Part shown: positions 1-8,010 of the stretch, piece after piece | Layout of the letters: every line of letters begins with the position of its first letter | How positions within the stretch are numbered: position 1 is the stretch's first letter | Assembly (NCBI GenBank): GCA_028279805.1 | Contig: JANQMZ010000007.1 | Coordinates: forward strand, 420,001 to 452,000 | DNA length: 32,000 bases | Direction of reading: 5' to 3' | From: an archaeon | GTDB lineage: Archaea > Iainarchaeota > Iainarchaeia > Iainarchaeales > JANQMZ01 | The notes under the pieces: model-generated | What the model was told of the DNA's origin: nothing | Seen by the model: only the letters and a program-made list of their open reading frames with translations | The model's database searches: none | Made by a program: the position numbers and the translations under genes

Positions 1-286
1 TAATATTAGTTGGAACTTTAACCTTGTTTAATCTTCTTGTAATTTTGCTCCAGCCGGCTAAAACAAAATAACCAACAACTGTAACAATCAATGCAACTGT
101 TATGTCAACAAACAAAGGAGATTCAGAAAAAGCCAATGTGACATATTTGTCAATAAAAGTTCGGAAAGCCTGAGCCCAGAAAATTGCAATAGCAACAATA
201 ATTCCAAACCTTAAATTTTGAGGAACATTTTTTCCAATATCCGAAACAGGTTTTTTGTAATGCTTAATAATTTTCTTTTCAGGCAT
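1..286 (-). CDS. small membrane protein, C-terminus cut by window edge
   Basis: Own minus-strand translation from the ATG at 286 gives MPEKKIIKHYKKPVSDIGKNVPQNLRFGIIVAIAIFWAQAFRTFIDKYVTLAFSESPLFVDITVALIVTVVGYFVLAGWSKITRRLNKVKVPTNI, with no stop before position 1. It has two hydrophobic helices. It is missing from the ORF track because it has no stop in the window. Confidence 0.4.
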   Translation of the reverse strand, partial: MPEKKIIKHYKKPVSDIGKNVPQNLRFGIIVAIAIFWAQAFRTFIDKYVTLAFSESPLFVDITVALIVTVVGYFVLAGWSKITRRLNKVKVPTNI

Positions 287-318
287 TTAAAAAAAAAGTG
301 TTTTTTACTATTTAATGA

Positions 319-633
319 TTACATTACACCCAAAAAAGTTCTGGTAAAATGTCTTTTTGACACTTTAAAAGCCTGTTTTCCTTCACCGGTTAAACTGTAA
401 ACAATTGTTTTACCTTGTTTTTTTTCTTTAATAAAACCGGAATTTTTAAGGCTTTTTAAGGCCGGATAAATTGTTCCCGGGCTCGGCCTGGAACCTTTTC
501 TTTTTTCCAGTTCATCAGCAAGTTCCTGGCCATGCATAGATTTTTTTGACAATAAAAATAAAATCAAAAATGACAGCATTCCGCGCATATCACAGCAATT
601 ATGATATTTGTGATAATGACCCTTCATACACAT
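319..633 (-). CDS. PadR-like winged-helix transcriptional regulator with Cys/His-rich N-terminus
   Basis: 104-aa ORF. The core MRGMLSFLILFLLSKKSMHGQELADELEKRKGSRPSPGTIYPALKSLKNSGFIKEK...YSLTGEG fits the PadR wHTH pattern (G-x-x-YP-x-L-x-x-L). It is preceded by MCMKGHYHKYHNCCD. Confidence 0.75.
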   Translation of the reverse strand: MCMKGHYHKYHNCCDMRGMLSFLILFLLSKKSMHGQELADELEKRKGSRPSPGTIYPALKSLKNSGFIKEKKQGKTIVYSLTGEGKQAFKVSKRHFTRTFLGVM

Positions 634-668
634 ATTGGATGTCCGATAGGTTTAAAAACAAAAAGGTT

Positions 669-688
669 TATATCGTATATACGATATA
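669..688. promoter_or_regulatory. perfect 20-bp palindrome TATATCGTATATACGATATA in a divergent promoter region (candidate PadR operator overlapping the TATA-like sequence)
   Basis: Read directly from the sequence; it is its own reverse complement. It lies between the regulator start (633, minus) and the micro-ORF start (705, plus). Confidence 0.6.
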
Positions 689-704
689 ACGGAGGTTGAT
701 AAAA

Positions 705-872
705 ATGGGTTATGGTAATTGCTCATGTCATGGTTATAGTTATCGTGGAAGTGGCAGAAGTTTTTTAACAAAAGAAGAAAAAATTGAAATGTTAAAAGAC
801 TATCAAGATTCTTTGGAAAAAGAAGCTAAAGGCATTTCTGAAAGAATTGCTGAACTGGAAAAGAATAATTAA
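705..872 (+). CDS. 55-aa DUF5320-like small protein (Gly/Cys/His N-terminus plus coiled coil)
   Basis: Own translation (below the track's 60-aa cutoff): MGYGNCSCHGYSYRGSGRSFLTKEEKIEMLKDYQDSLEKEAKGISERIAELEKNN. GGAGG at 691-695 lies 9 nt before the ATG. The pattern resembles DUF5320 family proteins as I recall them. Confidence 0.55.
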   Translation: MGYGNCSCHGYSYRGSGRSFLTKEEKIEMLKDYQDSLEKEAKGISERIAELEKNN

Positions 873-951
873 TTCTTTTCCTTTTTTTCACTTTTTTGTT
901 AATCAAAAACTATTTAAATGAAAAAATCATAATCAAGCTGAGGTGAAATGA

Positions 952-1374
952 ATGCTTGAAACACAGGTTAGCTTGATAGGCGTGGTTGTAGCAGCAGTTG
1001 CAAGTATGATTGCAGGCTTTTTGTGGTACTCTCCTGCTTTGTTCGGAAAAAAATGGGCAAGTCTGAAAGGGTTTAAAATGAAAACCAAGGAAGACATGAA
1101 AAAAATGCAGGAAAAAGCAAAACCGGCATACATTGGTTCATTTGCAGCAGCACTGGTTACAGCATGGATTTTATCACAGTTTTTGATTTTAACACAGGCA
1201 ACAACATTAATGGCTGCAGCAACAACAGCTTTCTGGATTTGGTTTGGTTTTATTGCAACAACAATGTTTGCAATGCACTTGTTCAGCGAACAGTCAAAAG
1301 AACTTTACCTGATTGATGTCGGACACCAGCTTGTATCACTTATTGTAATGGCAGAAGTTCTGGTTTTATTATAA
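952..1374 (+). CDS. DUF1761-family membrane protein
   Basis: 140-aa ORF. The N-terminus VVVAAVASMIAGFLWYSPALFGKKW and four hydrophobic segments match the DUF1761 pattern. GAGGTGA sits upstream of the ATG. Confidence 0.65.
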   Translation: MLETQVSLIGVVVAAVASMIAGFLWYSPALFGKKWASLKGFKMKTKEDMKKMQEKAKPAYIGSFAAALVTAWILSQFLILTQATTLMAAATTAFWIWFGFIATTMFAMHLFSEQSKELYLIDVGHQLVSLIVMAEVLVLL

Positions 1375-1439
1375 AAACCAGGATTTTTTCTTTTTTTTAT
1401 AACGAAACAAATTTATACGGGTAAATGTAAATACTTGAT

Positions 1440-2033
1440 ATGCAAAAAAGACCATACCTTGTTTCTCTGGCAATAATTCTGATTTTGGCATGGTATTATT
1501 TTATTTTCCGCGCATTCCCAATAACATTAGGATTTGTTAATGCAGTTGTTGCTTTTGCTTCAACTTTTATTATCAGCTTGTCTTTTTTGTTCGGGCCACT
1601 GGCAAAATTTGTAAAATTTTTCGGCAAATATTTGCATGACAGAAAAGATTATGGATTGATTGGATTTGGTTTGGCTGCACTGCATACTTTTTTAGCAGTT
1701 CCAAACATGTTAAGCAATAATAAGGAAATTTTGTTGGCTGATGCCGGTTCACTGGCTTTTGCCGCCATTGCATTTGCAATTTTTATTTTAATGGCTTTAA
1801 CATCCACAAATGAATGGATGCAAAGCCTTGGTTATAATAACTGGAAAAATTTGCAGAGAACAGGTTATCTGGCTTTTTTGTTTGTGGCATTTCACATTGT
1901 TTTGCTGGAAAGTGGCATATTTTTGACAAGAACAATTGGCATGATAGCATTAAGCGTTATTTTGGGAATAATTTTGTTAAGAATTATTGCTTCCATTTTT
2001 GGAATGCCTGCTCTGGAAAAAATAAAAGTTTGA
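1440..2033 (+). CDS. ferric-reductase-type transmembrane protein (MsrQ/YedZ-like)
   Basis: 197-aa polytopic ORF with conserved His in helices (AALHTFL, AFHIVLL), as in the heme-b-binding ferric reductase TM domain. It is a paralogue of 28475-29209. Confidence 0.55.
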   Translation: MQKRPYLVSLAIILILAWYYFIFRAFPITLGFVNAVVAFASTFIISLSFLFGPLAKFVKFFGKYLHDRKDYGLIGFGLAALHTFLAVPNMLSNNKEILLADAGSLAFAAIAFAIFILMALTSTNEWMQSLGYNNWKNLQRTGYLAFLFVAFHIVLLESGIFLTRTIGMIALSVILGIILLRIIASIFGMPALEKIKV

Positions 2034-2034
2034 G

Positions 2035-2751
2035 TTATTTTTTCATTAATTCTTTTTTTTCTTTTACAGTGAAACGTTCAATTGCATAACGCAACGTAGT
2101 TCTTGGTAGTTTTAATTTGTTTTTTCTTAAAAATTTTAATACTGGAGGCTTGTTGGCTTTTGCTGCTTCACGTAAAGTCCAGCCCATTGCTTTTTGAACC
2201 AAATCATCCTCTTCTTTTAACATTCTGGAAACGGTTTTAACAACTTGATTTGAATAATCATTGTTTCTTGCAATGTTAACATATGAAACCAGGGAACATC
2301 TGCGCAGCCAGCGGTTTTTGCTTTTATGCCAGGAAAAAATTTTTGATTTTAAGGATGGAAATTCCGTTATTAAATAACCTATTGGGTTGGGGCATAAGCT
2401 GTCACAATAAGCCCAGTTTGTTATATATTTTTTTATCCATTTTTCAAACACGTTCAGGGTTTGTTTTGAATAGTCTTTTTGAAATCTGGAAATTAGAAAA
2501 AAAGCAAAAATGCTTTGTTCAAATAAGTCGTCTTTTAACAATTCTTCACATAAAATAACAGCTTCTTTGTAAGTTAAATCCGGATGTTTTTTGTGAAATT
2601 CTTTAACCAAAAGCCTTACTTTTGGCATTCTAATTCCTAACGGGTTAACTTTTTCTTTAAAAAAATATTTAACGTTGGGAATAAATTTTTTGTTTGAATT
2701 TTTTTTAAGCAACAATTTTGCTTCTTTTTTTAATGCATTAATGTTTGCCAT
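2035..2751 (-). CDS. DNA alkylation repair protein (AlkD/AlkC-type HEAT-like repeat family)
   Basis: 238-aa ORF. The segments KYFFKEKVNPLGIRMPKVRLLVKEF, NWAYCDSLC, SKNRWLRRCSLVSYV and GWTLREA follow the PF08713 DNA_alkylation pattern. Confidence 0.7.
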   Translation of the reverse strand: MANINALKKEAKLLLKKNSNKKFIPNVKYFFKEKVNPLGIRMPKVRLLVKEFHKKHPDLTYKEAVILCEELLKDDLFEQSIFAFFLISRFQKDYSKQTLNVFEKWIKKYITNWAYCDSLCPNPIGYLITEFPSLKSKIFSWHKSKNRWLRRCSLVSYVNIARNNDYSNQVVKTVSRMLKEEDDLVQKAMGWTLREAAKANKPPVLKFLRKNKLKLPRTTLRYAIERFTVKEKKELMKK

Positions 2752-2760
2752 TAGAATCAG

Positions 2761-3111
2761 CTATAACAAGTCGCCTATTTTATTTTTCTTTTTTTCAAGC
2801 TTCTTTTTTTTACTTTCAGGAATTGTTGCTTCAACAGTTTCTTCAACTTTTTGAGATTTATCCAAAACATCGTCAAGTTTTTTTTCAATATCTTCAAGCT
2901 TTTGGTTAACCTGTTTTTCCCTGTGAAAAAAGAATAACACCCAGAACAAAAAGTTTGCAACAACCGCTTTTCCGACATCAAATGCGGATGGCAAATCAAG
3001 TTTTAACTGATCAAGCTGAATAAAAGCCAAAACCAGGACCAGATAAGCAACCAAAGCGAGAGTGCCCCGAAACAAAAGGCTTCCAATTGTCCTGAAATCA
3101 ATTTCTTTCAT
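2761..3111 (-). CDS. hypothetical membrane protein with charged coiled-coil tail
   Basis: 116-aa ORF with two hydrophobic helices followed by a Lys/Glu-rich C-terminus. No recognisable family. Confidence 0.5.
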   Translation of the reverse strand: MKEIDFRTIGSLLFRGTLALVAYLVLVLAFIQLDQLKLDLPSAFDVGKAVVANFLFWVLFFFHREKQVNQKLEDIEKKLDDVLDKSQKVEETVEATIPESKKKKLEKKKNKIGDLL

Positions 3112-3142
3112 ATAACCAGAACAGCTTTGAAATATTTAAACT

Positions 3143-3742
3143 TTAATTTATTTCAAGAATTTGTTTAACCCTTTTTTTATCATGGTTTAATTCGTAAAAA
3201 AATCCTTTGCCTCTTTTAACTTTTCTAAAAAATCGTTCAATTAAAGCCATATATAAATGAATTTGTTCCGGGTTTGGGTCAAGAATTATTCTCAAACCCT
3301 GCCTTATCTTTTCCCTGTGTTCAAAAAGAAATTCTGATAACAAAAATTCGGAGGGATGCATTCCGAGTTTTTCTCCGAATTTTTTGCTTTCCCTTGTTTC
3401 AGCTTCAGCAGACCATTTCCAGTAACCCGGCTGGCCGATATACTGAGTCCTTTCCCTTTGAATTGAAAAAATTCTCACAAGATTTGAAGCTATTGGAGAA
3501 TGCTGTAAAGTAACTCTTGCACGCCCGCTCCCGTCAGATAAAACAAAGTGGGGATTATTAGTCCAGCCTTGTTGTAAAGGATTTAAAACGGCAGGTTTTC
3601 TGTCCACATAATCCCAGCCATTTACTGTTTTAAAAGAAAAAGAATTTTCAACAGCTTTGCTTCTATGAGGAACAGTTGAAAATGAAACAGGTTTGGATGT
3701 TTGTCGTTTTACTTTTTTTCCGGTTTTTACAAATTTTCCCAT
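3143..3742 (-). CDS. hypothetical protein
   Basis: The track ORF is 3143-3880. I trimmed it to the internal ATG (MGKFVKTGKK...) at 3742, because the upstream 46 codons are low-complexity and overlap the plus-strand gene starting at 3825. Confidence 0.5.
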   Translation of the reverse strand: MGKFVKTGKKVKRQTSKPVSFSTVPHRSKAVENSFSFKTVNGWDYVDRKPAVLNPLQQGWTNNPHFVLSDGSGRARVTLQHSPIASNLVRIFSIQRERTQYIGQPGYWKWSAEAETRESKKFGEKLGMHPSEFLLSEFLFEHREKIRQGLRIILDPNPEQIHLYMALIERFFRKVKRGKGFFYELNHDKKRVKQILEIN

Positions 3743-3824
3743 AAAAAAATAATGCTTTAAATGTTTATAAAAATTGGTAAAATCTGGCAAAAACATTAAA
3801 AAAAGAAAAAAACAATACACTTGA

Positions 3825-4595
3825 ATGAAAACAGAAAAAGTTGAATTTGAAAATTCAAGAGGGCAAAAAATTGTCGGCATTTTGGATTTGCCTCAGGAAA
3901 AAAATCCCGAAATTATTATAATTTGCCATTCTTTTACAGGTTACAAAGAATTAAAACAATTGCACGCCATAGCCAAAAAATCTGTTGAAAAAGGATTTGC
4001 AGCTTTAAGATTTGATTTTTCAGACTGCATCGGAGAATCAGGCGGAACATGTGAGGAAATGAAACTGGATAATCAGGTAAATGATGCAATATCGGCACTG
4101 GATTTTGTTGAAACACTTGAAGGAATTAACAAAGAAAAAATCGGAATCTGCGGCCATTCACTGGGCGGGACAACAGCAATAAATGCAGCTGTTGATAATC
4201 GTGTGAAAGCATTGGTTTCAATTGCAGCTTTAGCCAAACCGGAATGGGAGCATTTGTTTGATGATGAAAAAGTAAAACAATGGAAGCAACAGGGCTGGAT
4301 TGAATTTCAGTCACACAAAAAAGGCCCGGTTAAAATAAATTATTCTTTTTATGAAAATATTATCAAGCATAAGTGCGGTGAAACAATTAAAGAAATAAAT
4401 TGCCCTGTTCGCGTTTTACATGGCACCAAAGATGAATTGCTGGATTTAATGAATGCCGCTTACCTGTATGACAATGCAAAGGAACCAAAAGACATTAAAT
4501 TAATTGAAAATGCGGATCATTTGTTTTTAACATCGCCTTACATGGAAAAAATGGCGGAATTAACAGTTGACTGGTTTGAAAAAAATTTAAAATAA
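3825..4595 (+). CDS. alpha/beta hydrolase (dienelactone-hydrolase/BAAT-like esterase)
   Basis: 256-aa ORF with a GHSLGG nucleophile elbow, a later TKDELL Asp and an ADHLF His, giving the catalytic triad order Ser-Asp-His. Confidence 0.8.
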   Translation: MKTEKVEFENSRGQKIVGILDLPQEKNPEIIIICHSFTGYKELKQLHAIAKKSVEKGFAALRFDFSDCIGESGGTCEEMKLDNQVNDAISALDFVETLEGINKEKIGICGHSLGGTTAINAAVDNRVKALVSIAALAKPEWEHLFDDEKVKQWKQQGWIEFQSHKKGPVKINYSFYENIIKHKCGETIKEINCPVRVLHGTKDELLDLMNAAYLYDNAKEPKDIKLIENADHLFLTSPYMEKMAELTVDWFEKNLK

Positions 4596-4667
4596 AAAAA
4601 AGTTAAAAAGATTTTATTCAAAGTGGCACATAAGAAAAAGTATTAAGAAAAAAAGTTTTTTTTATTT

Positions 4668-4826
4668 TTATTCTGATGCTTCTGCAGCAGGTTCTTCAGG
4701 CGAACCGGATTCATCTTCTGCAGCCGGTGCTTGTTCTTCCACAGCACTCATTGCAGCACCACAGTGTTCAGGAGCTTCTTCCGCTTCTGCTGTTGCTCCG
4801 CAACTTTCACATTTAAAAGTTGTCAT
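4668..4826 (-). CDS. 52-aa acidic zinc-knuckle-like micro-protein
   Basis: Own translation (not in the track): MTTFKCESCGATAEAEEAPEHCGAAMSAVEEQAPAAEDESGSPEEPAAEASE. GGAGGAG lies 8 nt upstream of the ATG. The stretch is noticeably GC-richer than its surroundings, and an oligo-T run follows the stop. Confidence 0.5.
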   Translation of the reverse strand: MTTFKCESCGATAEAEEAPEHCGAAMSAVEEQAPAAEDESGSPEEPAAEASE

Positions 4827-4940
4827 AAAATATCTCCTCCCTAAAAGTTGATAATTTGATAAGCTGAGGGTTTTTTTATATAAAAGTGTTTTCCCAGTTC
4901 CAAAACCGGGCTATAAAAGGCTTAAGCTTGATTTAAAAAG

Positions 4941-4989
4941 AACCTGTTAACCTGTTTGCTTTTTGCTAACAAATTGTTTTCTAACAGGT
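4941..4989. promoter_or_regulatory. three copies of the 8-mer AACCTGTT (two tandem direct, one inverted) upstream of the secreted-protein gene
   Basis: AACCTGTT occurs at 4941-4948 and 4949-4956. The inverted copy TAACAGGT is at 4982-4989. Read directly from the sequence. Confidence 0.4.
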
Positions 4990-5096
4990 ATAACCAAAAA
5001 TGCGTTATCATAAAGCTAATAGTCTTTATCTTTTTAGAAAGTGTATTAAAAAAGCCTGACATAATTTACTGACCAAAAAAAAGGAGGAGTAAAAAA

Positions 5097-6647
5097 ATGA
5101 AAAAAATTGTAATAATACTGATTGTGATGACTTTAATGTCAGGACTTGTCTGGGCAAAAGAGGTTAATGTAAAATTTAATTTTCCTCTTGATTTTGCAAC
5201 ACAGGATGTTTTTGATACTGTGACAATAAATAATGATGAAAATGCTTACACTGCATTTGTTTTGGCAGCGCAAGCAAATAACATTGAACTTTCAATAGAC
5301 TATTATGATTTTGATGGTGATGGTTCATTGGAATCGGCTTTCATAAGCAAAATTGATGGCTTGGGAGCATCAGAAGACTGGAGTGAATACTGGCAGTTTT
5401 CACAAAATAATTCATCTTCTTTTGTGGGAATAAGTGCAAGTTTTCCTGATGACGGGGATACTGTTTCACTGGATTATCTGAACGGATTTGAGGAGGATGC
5501 AATTGAATGGCTTGCCGACAACCAAAAGGAAAGCGGAATTATTGGCAACAACTCTTTTCAGAATTCTTTTGCATTAATGGGATTGTCAATGGCGGGACAA
5601 AACAATGTAAGTTTAGATTCAGGCATTGTAAACGATGCAATTGACAATCTTTTAACACACCAGGAAAATGATGCAGGGTTCGGAAACGATTTGACAACAG
5701 CAACAGCGATAATGGCCTTGCTTTCAAACGGAAAAGAATTAACAGATTTTTTAAAAACAGGAAAAAACAGCATTGAAAACTTAAGAGAAAACCAGATGGA
5801 TGACGGTGGTTTTAAAAGCGGTTCAAATGAAAGCGATGTTGACACAACTTCATGGGCAATGATTTCATTTGCACAGGCAGGATACCAAATGCCTGAAAAT
5901 GATGATGGCAAAAGCCCTGTTGATTATTTGCTTTCGGCACAGCATGAAAACGGTTCTTATGGTTACAATGCTTCAGATTTAAAAGAGAGCATTGATTTTA
6001 CAGAGGAAGCATTAATTGCTTTGGCTGTTGCAAACCGGTCAGCTGAAAATTCGGTTAACTGGCTTTCATCAAAACAAAACGAACAGGGATGCATAAGTGA
6101 CGGGTTCAGGACTGCATTGGGAAGCATTGCTTTCAGAATGCACGGAGAAACAGATAAAGCGGATAAAGCTTTAGAATGCTTAAAAACGCTGGCAAAAGGG
6201 GATGGAAGTTTTGGAAGAACAACCAATTCTTCAAATGCCCTGGACACAGGCTTAGCTTTAATTGCTTTAAGTTCTGAAGAATTTCCTTTAACAGTTTCAG
6301 AATCATTGGATACAGATGGAATGGCCGGCTTGAATTCAATTGTAAAATTTGTTGTTCAGATTAAAAACACGGGAAAAGTTAAAGCTGAAAATGTCAGCAT
6401 AACATTGGATGGTTTGGCTGAAAACTGGGTTTTTGATTCAGGACAAGGTTCAATTGATTTTTTTGACGAAATAAAACCGGGAGAAACAAAGACTGCTGAA
6501 ATTTTTGCCCAGATGAAAGATGTTGGAAACTTTGAAGTTAAAGCAAATGTTTCAACAAAAACACGCCTGAATGACACAAGTTCAACAAATTTTGTAGAAG
6601 TGAACGTTGAACAGGCAAAACTGGATGTTTCAATAGGATTTGAATAA
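5097..6647 (+). CDS. secreted protein: DUF4430 (transcobalamin-like beta domain), prenyltransferase-type alpha/alpha-toroid repeats and a CARDB-like domain
   Basis: 516-aa ORF with GGAGGAG upstream. Signal peptide MKKIVIILIVMTLMSGLVWA. DUF4430-like AFISKIDGLGASEDWSEYWQFSQNN...DDGDTVSLDY. Six Q-x-x-D/N-G-x-F/Y-G repeats. C-terminal VVQIKNTGKVKAENVSITL...IKPGETKTAEI. Confidence 0.7.
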   Translation: MKKIVIILIVMTLMSGLVWAKEVNVKFNFPLDFATQDVFDTVTINNDENAYTAFVLAAQANNIELSIDYYDFDGDGSLESAFISKIDGLGASEDWSEYWQFSQNNSSSFVGISASFPDDGDTVSLDYLNGFEEDAIEWLADNQKESGIIGNNSFQNSFALMGLSMAGQNNVSLDSGIVNDAIDNLLTHQENDAGFGNDLTTATAIMALLSNGKELTDFLKTGKNSIENLRENQMDDGGFKSGSNESDVDTTSWAMISFAQAGYQMPENDDGKSPVDYLLSAQHENGSYGYNASDLKESIDFTEEALIALAVANRSAENSVNWLSSKQNEQGCISDGFRTALGSIAFRMHGETDKADKALECLKTLAKGDGSFGRTTNSSNALDTGLALIALSSEEFPLTVSESLDTDGMAGLNSIVKFVVQIKNTGKVKAENVSITLDGLAENWVFDSGQGSIDFFDEIKPGETKTAEIFAQMKDVGNFEVKANVSTKTRLNDTSSTNFVEVNVEQAKLDVSIGFE

Positions 6648-7127
6648 ATGAACAAAAAAGAAATTAAAAGAATTGCAGTTATTCTTGCCGGCTTGGGAAT
6701 AGCTGCAATTTTTCTTTTTTTTGTCAATTCTTCAGGCACAGGTTTTGTTGCATTGGCAGAAGAAAATTCTGAGGAAAAAAATTTTTTTGAATCGGAAGAA
6801 AAACTTTCAAACAGTTTGTCTTTTCAGGTTGTAAAAAAAACAGAACTAAAAACAGAGCTTGTTCAGGGAATTTTGCAAAATTGTCCGCAGTATTCAAATC
6901 TTGTTTTTAATGTTCAGAACATAGGCAAAAATTTGGCTGAAAGATTGTTTGTTGAATATCCTTCCAATTTAAAGGTTAAAAATTGTTTAAACTGTTCAGT
7001 AAAAGAAATAAAACCAAAACAAATTGTTAAAATAACATTAAATGCATGCAAGTCAAATGATTCAAAAATTGGCGTAAATTTTTCATCAATTAACACGGAA
7101 AAAAACACAATAAAAATTGAAAAATAA
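6648..7127 (+). CDS. membrane-anchored protein with a CARDB-like beta domain
   Basis: 159-aa ORF that starts directly after the upstream stop (TAA ATG). It has an N-terminal TM helix, and LVFNVQNIGKNLAERLFVEY resembles the CARDB first-strand motif. Confidence 0.5.
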   Translation: MNKKEIKRIAVILAGLGIAAIFLFFVNSSGTGFVALAEENSEEKNFFESEEKLSNSLSFQVVKKTELKTELVQGILQNCPQYSNLVFNVQNIGKNLAERLFVEYPSNLKVKNCLNCSVKEIKPKQIVKITLNACKSNDSKIGVNFSSINTEKNTIKIEK

Positions 7128-7154
7128 CGGAAATTTTATCAGGATTTGAATAAT

Positions 7155-7706
7155 TTATTTGCGCCTTAATCTTTGCCTGCCTCTGTCTGCAATATTTCTT
7201 TTATAAACATGAAAATCATCAGAATTATGCTTTTGTCCTCGTGAAGTTCTTCCCAAAACTTTGTTGCCATAAAGTCTTCCCGCTCTTGCGCCCTCCCTCG
7301 TAATAACTGTTCCGTAAATTTTTTCAAAACCTAATCTGATTAAATGTTCTTCAATTTCAGCCATATGATGCCAGCCCATTCTTGAATTTGGTTTGGTTAT
7401 GGTGTGACCCAGCCAGCAGGATTTTTCACCTTTTTCATTTCTTGCAGCAACTCCGCCGGTGTAAGCAACAACGTTTCCTTTTTTGTCAACGGCCAATGCA
7501 TAAAATTTTCCCGGTTTTTTTCTCAAAAACATTCTTCTAAAATTTTGAATCCTGTCACCAGGCTCTCTAACACGGGCAAAAGTCTGGTCAATTAAGGAAC
7601 GCACCTGTTCCCATAAACCGGTGTTTTGCCTGAATTCATCATGAGTTAAAAAAATCAGAGATAAATCATTTCTCCAGGAACCATGCTCTAAAACAACTTT
7701 TACCAT
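7155..7706 (-). CDS. hypothetical protein, possibly acyltransferase (GNAT)-like fold
   Basis: 183-aa ORF. The central FYALAVDKKGNVVAYTGG...EEHLIRLGFEKIYG is reminiscent of the GNAT beta4-alpha3 region. This is a weak by-eye call. Confidence 0.4.
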   Translation of the reverse strand: MVKVVLEHGSWRNDLSLIFLTHDEFRQNTGLWEQVRSLIDQTFARVREPGDRIQNFRRMFLRKKPGKFYALAVDKKGNVVAYTGGVAARNEKGEKSCWLGHTITKPNSRMGWHHMAEIEEHLIRLGFEKIYGTVITREGARAGRLYGNKVLGRTSRGQKHNSDDFHVYKRNIADRGRQRLRRK

Positions 7707-7776
7707 TAAAAATTAACTGTTTTAACATAAAAAAGGCTTTTCTTTTTTTGAATGAAAAGCTTTAAATTCTTTAAAT

Positions 7777-8007
7777 ATGATAAAATTGGATAACATGGCT
7801 AAAACAAGAAAAAAGGAAGGGAAGCCTTTACCTGAAACTGCTGACATGAAAATGTGGAAAAAAGAATATGAAAACATGTCAGAAGAAGAACATCATCAAA
7901 AACTAAAGCAATTAGGATTGTCTGACGAGGATATGAAAGAATTTGATGAGGTTTTGGAAGAGGAAAAAAAAGAAAAAAAATCAGAATCAGATGAAGATTC
8001 AGAGTAA
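7777..8007 (+). CDS. small highly charged protein
   Basis: 76-aa Lys/Glu-rich ORF. An alternative ATG at 7795 (MAKTRKK) is possible. Confidence 0.4.
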   Translation: MIKLDNMAKTRKKEGKPLPETADMKMWKKEYENMSEEEHHQKLKQLGLSDEDMKEFDEVLEEEKKEKKSESDEDSE

Positions 8008-8010
8008 AGA

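Noticed and set aside
2283-2558. 91-aa plus-strand ORF inside the DNA alkylation repair gene
   Set aside because: It is a shadow ORF opposite a gene with recognisable family motifs.
3743-3880. N-terminal 46-codon extension of the 3143-3880 ORF
   Set aside because: The extension is hydrophobic low-complexity sequence read from promoter DNA, and it overlaps the plus-strand hydrolase gene start (3825). An internal ATG at 3742 gives a sensible start.
5539-6739. Minus-strand ORFs overlapping the secreted transcobalamin-like gene (5539-5727, 5558-5911, 5963-6247, 6133-6339, 6356-6739)
   Set aside because: The plus-strand reading has clear domain motifs, a signal peptide and a ribosome-binding site. 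The antisense ORFs have none of these.
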